In this document: positions 10,888 to 21,721 of the stretch, piece by piece
How positions within the stretch are numbered: the stretch's first letter is position 1
Layout: each line of letters begins with the position of its first letter
NCBI RefSeq assembly: GCF_006345805.1
Contig: NW_021832946.1
Location: forward strand, 1-26,604
Source of the DNA: Octopus sinensis
Taxonomy: Eukaryota
DNA length: 26,604 bases
Reading direction: 5' to 3'
Program-made: the position numbers and the translations under genes
The notes under the pieces: model-generated
Databases searched by the model: none
Told to the model about the DNA's origin: nothing
The model's input: only the letters and a program-made list of their open reading frames with translations

Positions 10888-11486
10888 AATTAGAAAAAAA
10901 CACTTTTTATCAATTCAAAATGAAAAATTAAATTACACTATCTAGAAAATTACATATGATAGAAATATTAAATAGAAGATAAAAAATATGACGCTGATTA
11001 AGTAATGTGCAAAATAATAAACAAAACGTATATATATTTGGTAGAATGTTTTATTTATTATTTTGCACGTTAATTAATCAGCGACATATTTTTTATCTTA
11101 TCTTTATATATAAAAGTGAGGTTGTGTGCTGTCTGTCTCCTACGATTTAGATTCCTAACTACTCCCTCATTTTGCGGTGCAGTGTAACCAAAACCGGGTA
11201 TCTTATAGTCGGGATTCATATCGAGCCCTTCTGGGTATTAGCGCGCGTCTACGATGAGTCTACGATTTAAGAAAAAATTTACCATAATTTTTTTCCATTT
11301 TTAATGCATTTTTTTGCTATTTTTGGCTAAAACTCTCTAAAAATGCTTATATAGTTATTTCCCTTACAAACCCGAGCAACGCCGGGCGATACTGCTAGTA
11401 TTTAATATTTCTGTTATATGTAATTTTCTAGATGGTGTAATTTAATTTTTCATTTTGAATTGAAAAAAGGTGGTTTTTTTCTAATT
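10888..11486. mobile_element. Foldback MITE-like element (about 301 bp without insert), about 140-bp inverted arms, TA-flanked
   Basis: Left arm 10888-11027 versus the reverse complement of 11048-11100 plus 11399-11486 gives 130/141 aligned columns identical by manual alignment. The spacer is 20 nt. TA lies at 10886-87 and 11487-88, inside (TA)n runs. Confidence 0.9.
11101..11398 (+). mobile_element. Non-autonomous Helitron (298 bp) inserted in the right arm of the foldback element
   Basis: It starts with TC (TCTTTATATATAAAAG) after A11100 and ends with CTAG before T11399. A GC-rich hairpin CCCGAGCAACGCCGGG (11371-11386) lies 8 nt upstream of CTAG. There is no TSD, and removing the element restores the inverted arm. 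Confidence 0.9.
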
Positions 11487-11571
11487 TATATATATATATC
11501 ATATTTTGTGAAATTTGATTTAGTATTTCTAAATTGAATGTTTCCCTGTAAGTTTGGAATTATTCCCTAAA

Positions 11572-11760
<189 letters not shown>

Positions 11761-12307
11761 TAACCATTATTTATGCCTTGTATATGCGTGTGTATGTATG
11801 TATGTCTGTATGTATTTGCGGGTGAAACGAAACTATGTGCATATATATATTTACATATTGCTGAACGTATCTCAATACGTTTATGCGTTTGTATTTATGT
11901 CCGCGTGCATTCTTTGTACGACGTTCGAAGGTTTCTAAGACTACAAAATTGCTGATCTGGGCGTGTGAAACTTCATCAATATCGAAAGGTATTATAGTAT
12001 ATCAATGATATTAACACCACATCGAGAGAGAGATAGAGAGAAAGGGAGGGAAGGAGAGAGAGAAGGAGAGAGAGAGAGAGAGAGGGGGGGGGCGAACGTA
12101 GAATAATATTGCAAATGGTTGCTGTGATAAAATTAATTGGTGTCGACCAATGAAAGGTGTAATGTGATGTCGTCTATCTTGTAACGCCATGATTGGTGTC
12201 AAACACCATTCTTTGCCATCGACTTCATCTGCAGCAGTTTGTACTTTAGATCACTTTAATTCTATCATATCTACTTGTCATTCACTTTCTCCCAGTCATT
12301 CCCGCTG

Positions 12308-12308
12308 C

Positions 12309-12341
<33 letters not shown>

Positions 12342-12420
12342 ATCTCTCTCTCTCCTAGTCTATTTTGTGTGTGTGTATATATATATATAATATATATATA
12401 TATATATTTATATATGTATA

Positions 12421-12463
<43 letters not shown>

Positions 12464-12527
12464 GTATATATATATAATATATATATATATATTATATACA
12501 CAACACACACACACCAACACACACACA

Positions 12528-12568
<41 letters not shown>

Positions 12569-12900
12569 CATATATATATACATATATATGTACGTATGTA
12601 TATATATATGTATATATATACTGTTAATGTTTGTTTTTGTTTAGTTACAATAAAATAATTTTACATTAATCTGATGTACATATATGTATATGCGCATATA
12701 TGTATGTACATATGTATGTATGTATGTATGTATGAATGTATATATATATATATATATGTATATAAATGTATGGGTGTCTGTGTGTATGAGTATGCAAATG
12801 TAAGCGTAGTGTGTATGTGGGTGTACAATTTGCTCACATGTGTGTGTGTGAGTGTGCTGATATATAAGTATATTTGTACAAATATGTGTATAGTTTTACA
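12308..12900. repeat. Compound (CTTT)n/(TA)n/(CA)n/(TATG)n/(TG)n region
   Basis: Read directly from sequence. Confidence 0.92.
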
Positions 12901-12921
12901 TTTGTATAAATATAGTAATCC

Positions 12922-13208
12922 CGATTGTAACGCAGTGAGTTCAACGCACGGCAGAGCGTTGTGTTCTTGAGCAAGACACTTTTTTCACTTTTGCTCCAGT
13001 CCACTCAGCTGGCAAAAATGAGTTGTACCTGTATTTCAAAGGGCCAGCCCTGTCACATTTCTGTGTCTATACTGAGTCCCCCTGAGAACTACATTAAGGC
13101 CATGTGTGTCTGTGGAGTACTCAGCCATTTGTATGTTAATTTCACGAGCAGGTTGTTCGGTTGATCGGATCAAGTGGAAAGCTCTTCGTCGCGACCGACG
13201 AAGTGCCA
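12922..13208 (+). mobile_element. CORE-like SINE, 5' head decayed
   Basis: GAGTTCAA B-box remnant, then GTTGTGTTCTTGAGCAAGACACTTT..TTGCTCCAGTCCACTCAGCTGGCAAAAATGAGTTG, sharing the CORE-like domain with 10571-10876, then a different 3' body. Confidence 0.8.
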
Positions 13209-13268
13209 GTCTTTTCTTTTTATATATGTTGGTGTATATGTACACTACATGCGAGTGCTGATAGATGT

Positions 13269-13331
13269 GAAGGAGCGAGGCTTTGTGGGTAGAGTTTTGC
13301 GCGCACGATTGGATGATCGCGGGTTCAAATT
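13269..13331 (+). mobile_element. Degenerate tRNA-like SINE head
   Basis: GAAGGAGCGAGGCTTTGTGGGTAGAG..CACGAT..GGGTTCAAAT parallels the heads at 10571 and 24538. Confidence 0.45.
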
Positions 13332-13480
13332 GAGGACAACGACCTACGCATTATCGCACTTTAATTACACGCTGTTTCGAGACTGGATGGAACGAAGAGA
13401 AATCTCTTTCCTCTTTGGCCAAGCAAAACAACAACAACAACAACAACAACAACGTACTTTATTTTTGACACGAGCATTTT

Positions 13481-13540
13481 AACTTCAAATCTCACCAAGA
13501 TTGACTTTGCAGTTTGTCTTTCACGGATCGATAAAATAAG
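13481..13540 (+). mobile_element. SINE fragment (same family as 5450-5674)
   Basis: TTCAAATCTCACCAAGATTGACTTTGC..GGATCGATAAAATAAG aligns to the B box and central domain of the 5450-5674 copy. Confidence 0.55.
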
Positions 13541-13619
13541 AATGAGTTATGCAATGGAGGCTTAGATTAACCACCACCAAACCACCCCACAATCTGTCTT
13601 TGGGTCGTCTTCAGATTTC

Positions 13620-13698
13620 TTTTTCTACTCTTCTCTTTCTCTTTTCATTTTTCCTCTTACTTCTTCTCACTCACTCACACACTGTCAGTCACACGCAT

Positions 13699-13735
<37 letters not shown>

Positions 13736-13938
13736 ACTCTCTCTGTTTCTGCATATGTGTTTTCTCTTACTCTTTCTTTCTATGTGTGCGTGTGTTTCTC
13801 TTTTTCTCTTTCTGTTTATGAATTTGTTTCTCTCTCTTTCTCTCTCTCTTCTCATGGGTGTCTTTCTCTCCCTCTTTCTCTCTCTCTTTCTCTCTTTTCA
13901 TGCTTGTCTTTCTCTCTCTCTTTCTCTCTTTTCATGCG

Positions 13939-13978
<40 letters not shown>

Positions 13979-14030
13979 TTGTCTGTCTCTTTCTCTTCAC
14001 ATCAATCTCTGTCGTTCATTTTCTTTTCCT
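13620..14030. repeat. Pyrimidine-rich (CT)n-type low-complexity tract
   Basis: Read directly from sequence. Confidence 0.92.
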
Positions 14031-14752
14031 ACCTTCTCACCTCTAACTACTTCTCCCGACCCCACCCCCTCACATTGCCCCTTCCTCCGACTTCCACATT
14101 CCCCAACTGTCGTCTGATTTCTTCCATTTCTGAAAGAAACGCTGCTCAAACTCCATTCACTTCTTCCAGATTCATTTATCGAGGAATGTTTTTAAAGGAA
14201 AATATCAGAACACTAGACTTTCATATTTTCCATTTAGTAGAATCCATTGATGGCCAAGTTTCTATCAGACGAGCCCTAATTAAGGTGAACAGTTGAAAGG
14301 TGAACGGGTCAGAGGTGAGAAACTTGGAATGAGATTATTTCGGGTGAGAATAAAACCGATCTGTTATTATTTGATCGAAGTTTTCTGATTAAGTTTGATT
14401 ATCAACAAGAAAATCGTTTGGAAAGTAGAGGAAGACTTTTGAAATCGGAAAGCGATGATGATTATGTATAAACAAAGGCAGGCCCGTGCAGACAATAGCG
14501 AAACGCATACACATAGACACACAAACACACACACAGAGGTTCACATAAGCTCAGGAAAACGCATACAGACATACATATACGCACATATATTGTTGTACGC
14601 ATTAAGTGTAGATCATGTTCTTCTAATCTAATTTTCAAGTTTGCATGTGTATATTTAAACATACATCCACTGTATGTATTTTGATATGTTCGTATGTATG
14701 AATATATGTATGCTTCTGTTTTAGAATGCATACGTGTTTCCGTTTACGCGAG

Positions 14753-15148
14753 TATGTATGTATGTATGTATGTATGTTTGTATGTATGTATGTATGTATG
14801 TATGTATGTATGTATGTATGTATGTTTGTATGTATGTATGTATGTATGTATGTATGTATGTATGTATGTATGTATGTATGTATGTATTTATGTATGTATG
14901 TATGTATGTTTGTATGTATGTATGTATGTATGTATGTATGTATGTATGTATGTTTGTATGTATGTATGTATGTATGTATACATTCGCACGTAATTATGCA
15001 TATACATATGCATATTTGTATAAATATGTATATGCATGTATATATGTATGCAAATATAGATATACGTGTGTGTATGCATATAAATATATATACATGTATG
15101 TATGCATATATATATATATACATATACGTATAATATAGATATATATAT

Positions 15149-15184
<36 letters not shown>

Positions 15185-15203
15185 GGTGTGTGTGTGTTTG
15201 TGC

Positions 15204-15240
<37 letters not shown>

Positions 15241-15310
15241 CATGTTTACATGCATAAATACATATACATATATATATATGCATATAAATGTATATAGGTA
15301 TATGCATATC
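14753..15310. repeat. (TATG)n array followed by compound TA/TG repeats
   Basis: Read directly from sequence. Confidence 0.95.
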
Positions 15311-15315
15311 TATCC

Positions 15316-15804
15316 ATGGAGAAGAACAGGGGCGAAATAACGACTAGGATGGCCACTCTCGCCCAGCAATGGGGCGAGAGGAAGCTATCCCTAAAAAGGT
15401 CTGCTGGAGTTGGCGAACGCGTACATCGCGTCCGTCATCGAGTACCGTCTGACCGTCGTGCCTTGTCCCGACCCTACCATCACCAAACTGGAACACATAC
15501 TCTTCCGCTTCTTGTGGAAGGGAAGCGTCCCGATGGTTAGGCGATCCATTTGCTGTCAACACCCGCTAAATGGAGGGCTGGTCATGCCGTGGTTGATGAT
15601 GCCGGAGCTTCATAGACGACGGTGAACAGGTGGGGTCGCCGTTTGTGCGGTGCGCTTTCCCGCAGCTCGTCTCATTGGCCGAAGTGCAGTCGTGGATCAA
15701 ACAGAGACCGAGGCTAGGCGAATGGCACCGCGAGTGTCGCGTTGCTCTCAAGCGACTCTGCCGTCCGGGACCAAACTTGTGCAGCTTCTTTACAACAAAG
15801 GCGT

Positions 15805-15809
<5 letters not shown>
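15316..15809 (+). mobile_element. L1/Tx1-clade LINE ORF2 fragment (post-RT region)
   Basis: QQWGERKLSLK / ELANAYIASVIEYRLTVVPCP..LEHILFRFLWKGSVPMVRRSICCQHPLNGGLVMPWL matches the L1/Tx1 motifs W..R.LS..GR and F.FLW.G..GGLG.P. It continues [30 protein letters not shown] and is frameshifted and internally deleted. Confidence 0.85.
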
Positions 15810-16027
<218 letters not shown>

Positions 16028-16039
16028 GTTATATAAGTA

Positions 16040-16710
16040 CTTCAATAATTAATCAATCCATTGATTACTTAACTAACTTTCTGGCTGTTAGATCGTATTC
16101 TTTGTCCATCGATTAAATGATAAATTGATTGATTATTGACTCATTGATTGAGCGATCGATTGATTGTTGATTAATTGACCTATCGAGCAGTTGATAGATT
16201 GTTCGATAGTTGTTTTATAGATCCATTTATTCGTTGTATAATTGGTTTTGGTATTGTTTTGGCATATCAATCAATCAGATTGATATTTAAACAAAGTGAT
16301 CGATTGATTCACTGGAATTTAGATCGACTGATATTTATATAGATTGATTTAACGATCGATCGAGTGATTGGTAGGTATTATTATTCTTTGCCTTCTCTCT
16401 TGAAGTCAGTCGAACTGGGCTGCTTTAACGGATCCAGCATGCGTCTGTTCAAACAATTAAACACACATACATAAAAAAAAATCAAACATTAACCGAAATA
16501 AAAAAAATCGATATATTTATATAGAATTAAGTAATCCATCGAACTGTTCATCAATCAATCAATCAGTCAATCGAAGATGAACCAATTACTCGATCGACGA
16601 AATAAATTATCAATCAAAAAGAATCAAACAGCTTATCAACCAATCAAACCAATGAATCAAATCAATCAATCAATTATTTAATTATTATTCAATTTTTTAT
16701 TGATAAATTA
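16040..16710. repeat. Degenerate (ATTG)n array and opposing (CAAT)n array flanking a unique island
   Basis: 16100-16372 is ATTG/GATC-rich and 16540-16700 is ATCA/CAAT-rich. An inverted match links 16356-16372 and 16581-16597 (16/17). Confidence 0.7.
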
Positions 16711-16764
16711 TTGCAGTGTCAGAAAATGTAGACGGTCAAAGTATTTATAGAATTTAGTTTCCCT

Positions 16765-16900
16765 TCATTGAGAGTTCAGAGATTCGGTTACTATGGCCAT
16801 GTGATTAGAATGTCACCGGAAAGAATCGCAAAACGGATTCTTCAAGGCGAGCCGACTGCTGAAGACCGAGGGTAGAACAAGAATGAGATGTTTGGGTAAT
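16765..16900 (+). mobile_element. RTE-clade LINE C-terminal fragment
   Basis: YYGHVIRMSPERIAKRILQGEPT / GRTRMRCL corresponds to the RTE motif RLRW.GHV.RM...R.PK..L....G.R.RGRP..RW.D, with frameshifts. Confidence 0.7.
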
Positions 16901-17589
16901 GAGATGGAGGTGCATAAGGACCTTACCCACAATGGTGGGTGGAGAAGATGGATGGATAGATAGATGGATAGTTTTAAATCTTTAGTTCAAATCTATCCTC
17001 TGTACCCTTCAGATAAAACAATATTTATCAAGTGATAAATTCATAGACCGATCGGTTGAGGGATGATATCTTGATCAAAACATATCTATATTTAACACAT
17101 ACACATGCACAGCCGCGCATACATCCGTCCGTAAACATCATCTACACACAGAAATCAACACGTCATACAGAAATTAATGTCCAAACGCTTGCTTTCAATC
17201 AAACAATGAGAGACAAAATACCGCTGTGCATCTCACTATAATGTTTCAAGCACTAACTACAAGTGGCAGCCACGTTCTGGTTGAATAAAAGATGGATGCT
17301 AAAGAGAGAGAATAAGGTCGGGCTATAAACAGCAACACTTCGTCCTGCCAACCTATTGGTCTATCGATAAACAGTTAACATAGATGTATCTTTGCTAATA
17401 TATTCCAGTCTTTAGATTGTATGGAACGCTATAATTTTTGTTCAAATGACACGATATATATACAAACACACATATAAGATAAGACAAGCTTCCGCATATT
17501 TTACCTTCACCAAATTCAATTCGCAAGATATCGATCTGCGCAAGGCTTTACAACGAACGTACATTCACTTATCTATACAGCTGCTATCT

Positions 17590-17662
17590 ATCTTTATCCA
17601 TCCATCCATACATACATACAAACATACACACATGTTTATGTGTGTGTGTGTGTGTGTATACA

Positions 17663-17698
<36 letters not shown>

Positions 17699-17739
17699 TA
17701 TACATACATATATATATATACATAACATATATATATATA

Positions 17740-17788
<49 letters not shown>

Positions 17789-18150
17789 CACCACACATGT
17801 TCATAGATTCGGATTCCTATCTATCTGTATATCTATCTACATACGTATTTGATCAAATATCTAAATGTTTTATATGCAAATATCGATTACCCGTTTCTCT
17901 TTCTCCCTCACACACGCATAGATTCACACACACACACACACTCACACACACGCAAATACACACTGATGTATGCCTGCATCAGCCCTGTGTATATATACAT
18001 GCTTTTCACCAATGTCCAAACACAGGAAGATCTTTACAGCATAACACCAATCCATGCTCACTTCAGTTGTTCCGATGAAGACATTTGCCGTTTCTTCTGA
18101 GTATGCAACTCAGTGAAGCGTGAGGGTTCCTGCAACATCATCCACACACA

Positions 18151-18208
<58 letters not shown>

Positions 18209-18424
18209 ATAGCTTCCAGTACATACGCCATTGAACGTCGCCAAAGAATCTTCGCTGCCATTTTGCTTTTTATGTATGTATATATATAACGAGTAAAGGG
18301 TATATGTATATATATGTATATATAAATGTGTGTGTATATATATATAAATATATATATATATAAATACATATATGCATATATATATATATATGCATGTACA
18401 TACATAAAGATACATGAATGTTCA

Positions 18425-18459
<35 letters not shown>

Positions 18460-18593
18460 GATACATGAATGTTCATATGCTTTTATACATACATACATAT
18501 GTATATGTGTATGAGGGTATATCGGTGGCGAATGCATGTTTGTTTTAGAGCTATATATATACCTACCGTCCTGTGATAAGGTATGCTGATATG

Positions 18594-18629
<36 letters not shown>

Positions 18630-18720
18630 ACACACACACACACACACATACACACACATAGGTAGATAGATATATGTGTATGCATATACAAACACACACA
18701 CATATAAACAAAGCTGGCGC
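17590..18720. repeat. Series of compound TG/CATA/TA/CA microsatellites with short unique spacers
   Basis: Read directly from sequence. Confidence 0.88.
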
Positions 18721-18846
18721 GTGTTTGTGCTTGTGTACGGGTGTGCCTGCGCGTGTTTGCTTATACACGTATGATATGATTAATAAGTATGTATAAATGC
18801 GTATGTATACGCAGATATTTATATATATGAATGTATATATATATAT

Positions 18847-18888
18847 ATCAAAATAAGCAACAAGGATATCCTTGCTGCTTATTTTGAT
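18847..18888. repeat. 42-bp spacerless palindrome with one mismatch
   Basis: ATCAAAATAAGCAACAAGGAT|ATCCTTGCTGCTTATTTTGAT. Confidence 0.9.
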
Positions 18889-19042
18889 TATAATCCCCTT
18901 ATTTTAAATTATAGATAATCCATACTAAATCCTGTGCCTTCAACTTAAGTACCATATTCATCTGAATCAAAATTTTTACTGAACTTATATGTATATATAT
19001 ATATATATATTATATATATATATTATATATATATATATATTA

Positions 19043-19078
<36 letters not shown>

Positions 19079-19081
19079 TAT

Positions 19082-19300
19082 AATTGTAATTAAGGGCATA
19101 AATAAAAAAATTTCTGGCTCTATATGATAAAAGTAGACGCTAAATCGTCTCACCACTTTAAAAATCACTAAATTGCTGCGGGTTTGCTCCCTCGATTTCA
19201 ACACGTGGGTAATTTTTGTGGTTTATAAAGTGGTGAAACAATTTTGTTTCTACTTTCACCAAATAGGCCACAAATGTTTTCTATGCCCTTAATTATAATT
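19082..19300. mobile_element. Second foldback MITE-like element, about 95-bp imperfect inverted arms
   Basis: Left arm AATTGTAATTAAGGGCATA..AAAGTAGA..TCACCACTTTA..AAATTGC (19082-19176) pairs with right arm 19209-19300 (reverse complement AATTATAATTAAGGGCATA..AAAGTAGA..TCACCACTTTA..AAATTAC). The spacer is 32 nt. It sits at the end of a (TA)n run. Confidence 0.8.
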
Positions 19301-19400
19301 TTATATATAAATTCATCTTAACCTTATTTTTTATATGTTGGCGATTGATAAAATAAAAAAAAAATTCTTTATTTTATATATATGTATCTTTGCGTATATA

Positions 19401-19603
19401 TCTTTTATCTTTTACTTGTGTCATTTATCAGACCGCGGCCAAGCTGGAGCACCGCCTTGAAGATGTTTGAGTCGAATGAATCGATCCTAGTATTTATTGA
19501 TTAAGTCTGGTATTCTATCGGTCTCTTTTGCCGAACCGCTAAGTTAAGTGGATGTAAATCAACACCGGTTGTGAAGTGATGGGGAGAACAGATGCAGACA
19601 CGA

Positions 19604-19636
<33 letters not shown>

Positions 19637-19802
19637 TGTATACGACAAGCCTCTTTCAGTTTCCGTCTACAAAATCCACTCATGAGATTTTGGTCGGCCT
19701 GTGGTTATAACAGAAGAAACTTGCTCAAGGTACCATGGAATAAGATTGAACTTGGAACCGTGGAGTTTACAATGAATCTTCTTACCACACGCCCAGGCCT
19801 GC
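19401..19802 (-). mobile_element. Full-length tRNA-derived CORE-like SINE with internal (TG)n
   Basis: The minus strand carries a GCAGGCCTGGGCGTGTGGTAAGAAG head, CCTTGAGCAAGT, AGTGGATTTTGTAGACGGAAACTGAAA, TAACTTAGCGGTTCGGCAAAAG and a tail GGCGGTGCTCCAGC..GTAAAAGATAAAAGA. It is collinear with the adjacent plus copy. Confidence 0.9.
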
Positions 19803-19811
19803 GCTTAATTC

Positions 19812-20281
19812 ATGGGTTGGTCCCTGTGGGTAAGAAGGTTAGTTCCCAACCATATGGTTCCAGGTTCTGTCCCGTTGCAAGGCACCTTGGGCAAGTGTTT
19901 TCTACTATTGCCCTTCGCCGATCAAAGACATGTCAGTGGATTTGGTATACGGAAACCGAAAGAAGCCTGTAGAGTGCGCGCACACCCAAACAGATATATA
20001 TGTATGCATGAATGTGCGTGTATGTGTGTGTGTATGTATGAAACTGTATGTGTGTGTGTGTGTCTTTGTGACTCTGTCCTCCAACACCGCTTCTCGACGG
20101 GTGTTTATGCATTTAATTCCTTGTAACTTAGCGGTTTTGCAAAAGAAACGATAAAATAATTAAGTATCAGGCCTAAGAAAAAAAAGGTGTTTTAGGGTCG
20201 ATCTGTTCGTCTGAAATTCTTAAAGGCGATGCCCCAGCATGGCCACAGTTTAATACCAGAAACAAGCAAAAGATGAAAGAT
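19812..20281 (+). mobile_element. Full-length SINE of the same family, opposite orientation
   Basis: Head TGGGTAAGAAG..GGTTCCAGGTTC and CORE/MIR-like CCTTGGGCAAGT at 19885-19896. Anchors match the minus copy at 24/27 (19935-19961 vs 19654-19680) and 20/22 (20124-20145 vs 19525-19546). Tail AAAAGATGAAAGAT. Confidence 0.9.
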
Positions 20282-20297
20282 AAAACATACGTAGATG

Positions 20298-20363
20298 CAG
20301 ATGACGATCAACGACGATGGCGATGATGATGATGATGGTGATGATGATGACGATGATGATGAC

Positions 20364-20394
<31 letters not shown>

Positions 20395-20537
20395 TGATGA
20401 TGATATGATGATGATGATGATGATGGATGATGATGATTGATGATGACGATGATGATGATGATGATGACGATGATGTGATGATGACGATGATGATGATGAT
20501 GATGATGATATGATGATGATGATGATTGATGATGATC

Positions 20538-20574
<37 letters not shown>

Positions 20575-20706
20575 GATGATGATTGATGAGATGATGATGA
20601 TGATGATGACGATGATGGATGATGATGAATGATGATGATGATGATGATGACGATTGATGATATGATGATGGTGATGATGATGACGATGATGACGATGATG
20701 ATGATG
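20298..20706. repeat. Long interrupted (GAT)n microsatellite
   Basis: Read directly from sequence. Confidence 0.95.
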
Positions 20707-21114
20707 TCAGATGAGTCCTTTCACAGAAACGACAGTGAGACATCTGCAGGTCATTCGCGTTGAGCGACGAAAGCTTGTTCAGCCGCTCCTGCCGCGCGCT
20801 CCCGGTCGCCCACAGCAGGTCTCAGTCGCAAGCATTGCAAGATGGCTGCTGCTATTTTCGCTGCCAAATTTTATGCCAGAGTTTCCTTCTTCTACAAGAC
20901 CCAACTTCCCCCACGGCTTGTCAACAACAACGGGAGCCTTTTCTGTCTTCGGGAAATATGGTTAGACCCACAGATGGGAATCCGATGGGTTTACCGATTC
21001 TGAGTCTGAACAGACCTGGGAATGATGGCAATTAAGAGGTGATAGACCCTCTGCTCAACTCCAGAAACGCCCAAGCTGGAGCATCGCCACATGATGCAGT
21101 TTAAGGCCAGGGCG

Positions 21115-21396
21115 CATACACACATATACACATATATGCATTCACTCATACATACATACATAGACACACACACAAACACACACACAAACACACATATATA
21201 CATTCACTGATACATACATTCATAGACACACACAAACAAACACACACATATAATCGTATCTAGAAGCTAGTGTGTTTGTGTGCTTTTCATTTATTGCGTG
21301 CGTGTATATTTGCTTTTCTTTGTTTGTGCGTATGTGTGTGTGAATGTGTGTGTGTATGTGTGTGTGTGTGTGCGTGTGTGTATGTGTGTGTGTGTC

Positions 21397-21434
<38 letters not shown>

Positions 21435-21440
21435 TGTGCA
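21115..21440. repeat. (CA)-rich tract followed by (TG)-rich tract
   Basis: Read directly from sequence. Confidence 0.9.
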
Positions 21441-21647
21441 TCGTAAGTCTTCCATTGTGGAATCCAAAGAAGCAGACGATATTGAAAGTCCCGCTGTTCA
21501 TTCTTCATTTGAAATGCGGTTCTTCAAATCCTTTATCTCTCTCCCTTCTCCCCCTCGTCCCCTCTCTCTCTCTCCCTTCTGATCTCTCTAACTTCTCACT
21601 TATCGTCTCCAATGGGATCCCTTCCTGTCTGTCCTCCTCTTCTGTTC

Positions 21648-21655
21648 TGCTCTTC

Positions 21656-21721
<66 letters not shown>

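Noticed and set aside
10571-11500. Idea that the foldback element inserted into the upstream SINE (triple nest)
   Set aside because: The SINE stops at the TA run, but no continuation is visible beyond 11488, so only adjacency is supported.
14170-14284. Candidate 115-nt exon (CTTCTTCCAG|..FIYRGMFLKENIRTLDFHIFHLVESIDGQVSIRRALIK|GTGAAC)
   Set aside because: Splice sites are plausible, but the peptide is unrecognised and no compatible neighbouring exons were found; chance level.
20710-20890. Minus-frame LWHKIWQRK..CRFCERTHL as a LINE zinc knuckle
   Set aside because: Cys/His spacing does not fit and the frame has two stops.
21130-21250. About 62-bp higher-order duplication inside a CA-rich tract (CATTCACT at 21139 and 21201)
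   Set aside because: Common secondary duplication within microsatellites.
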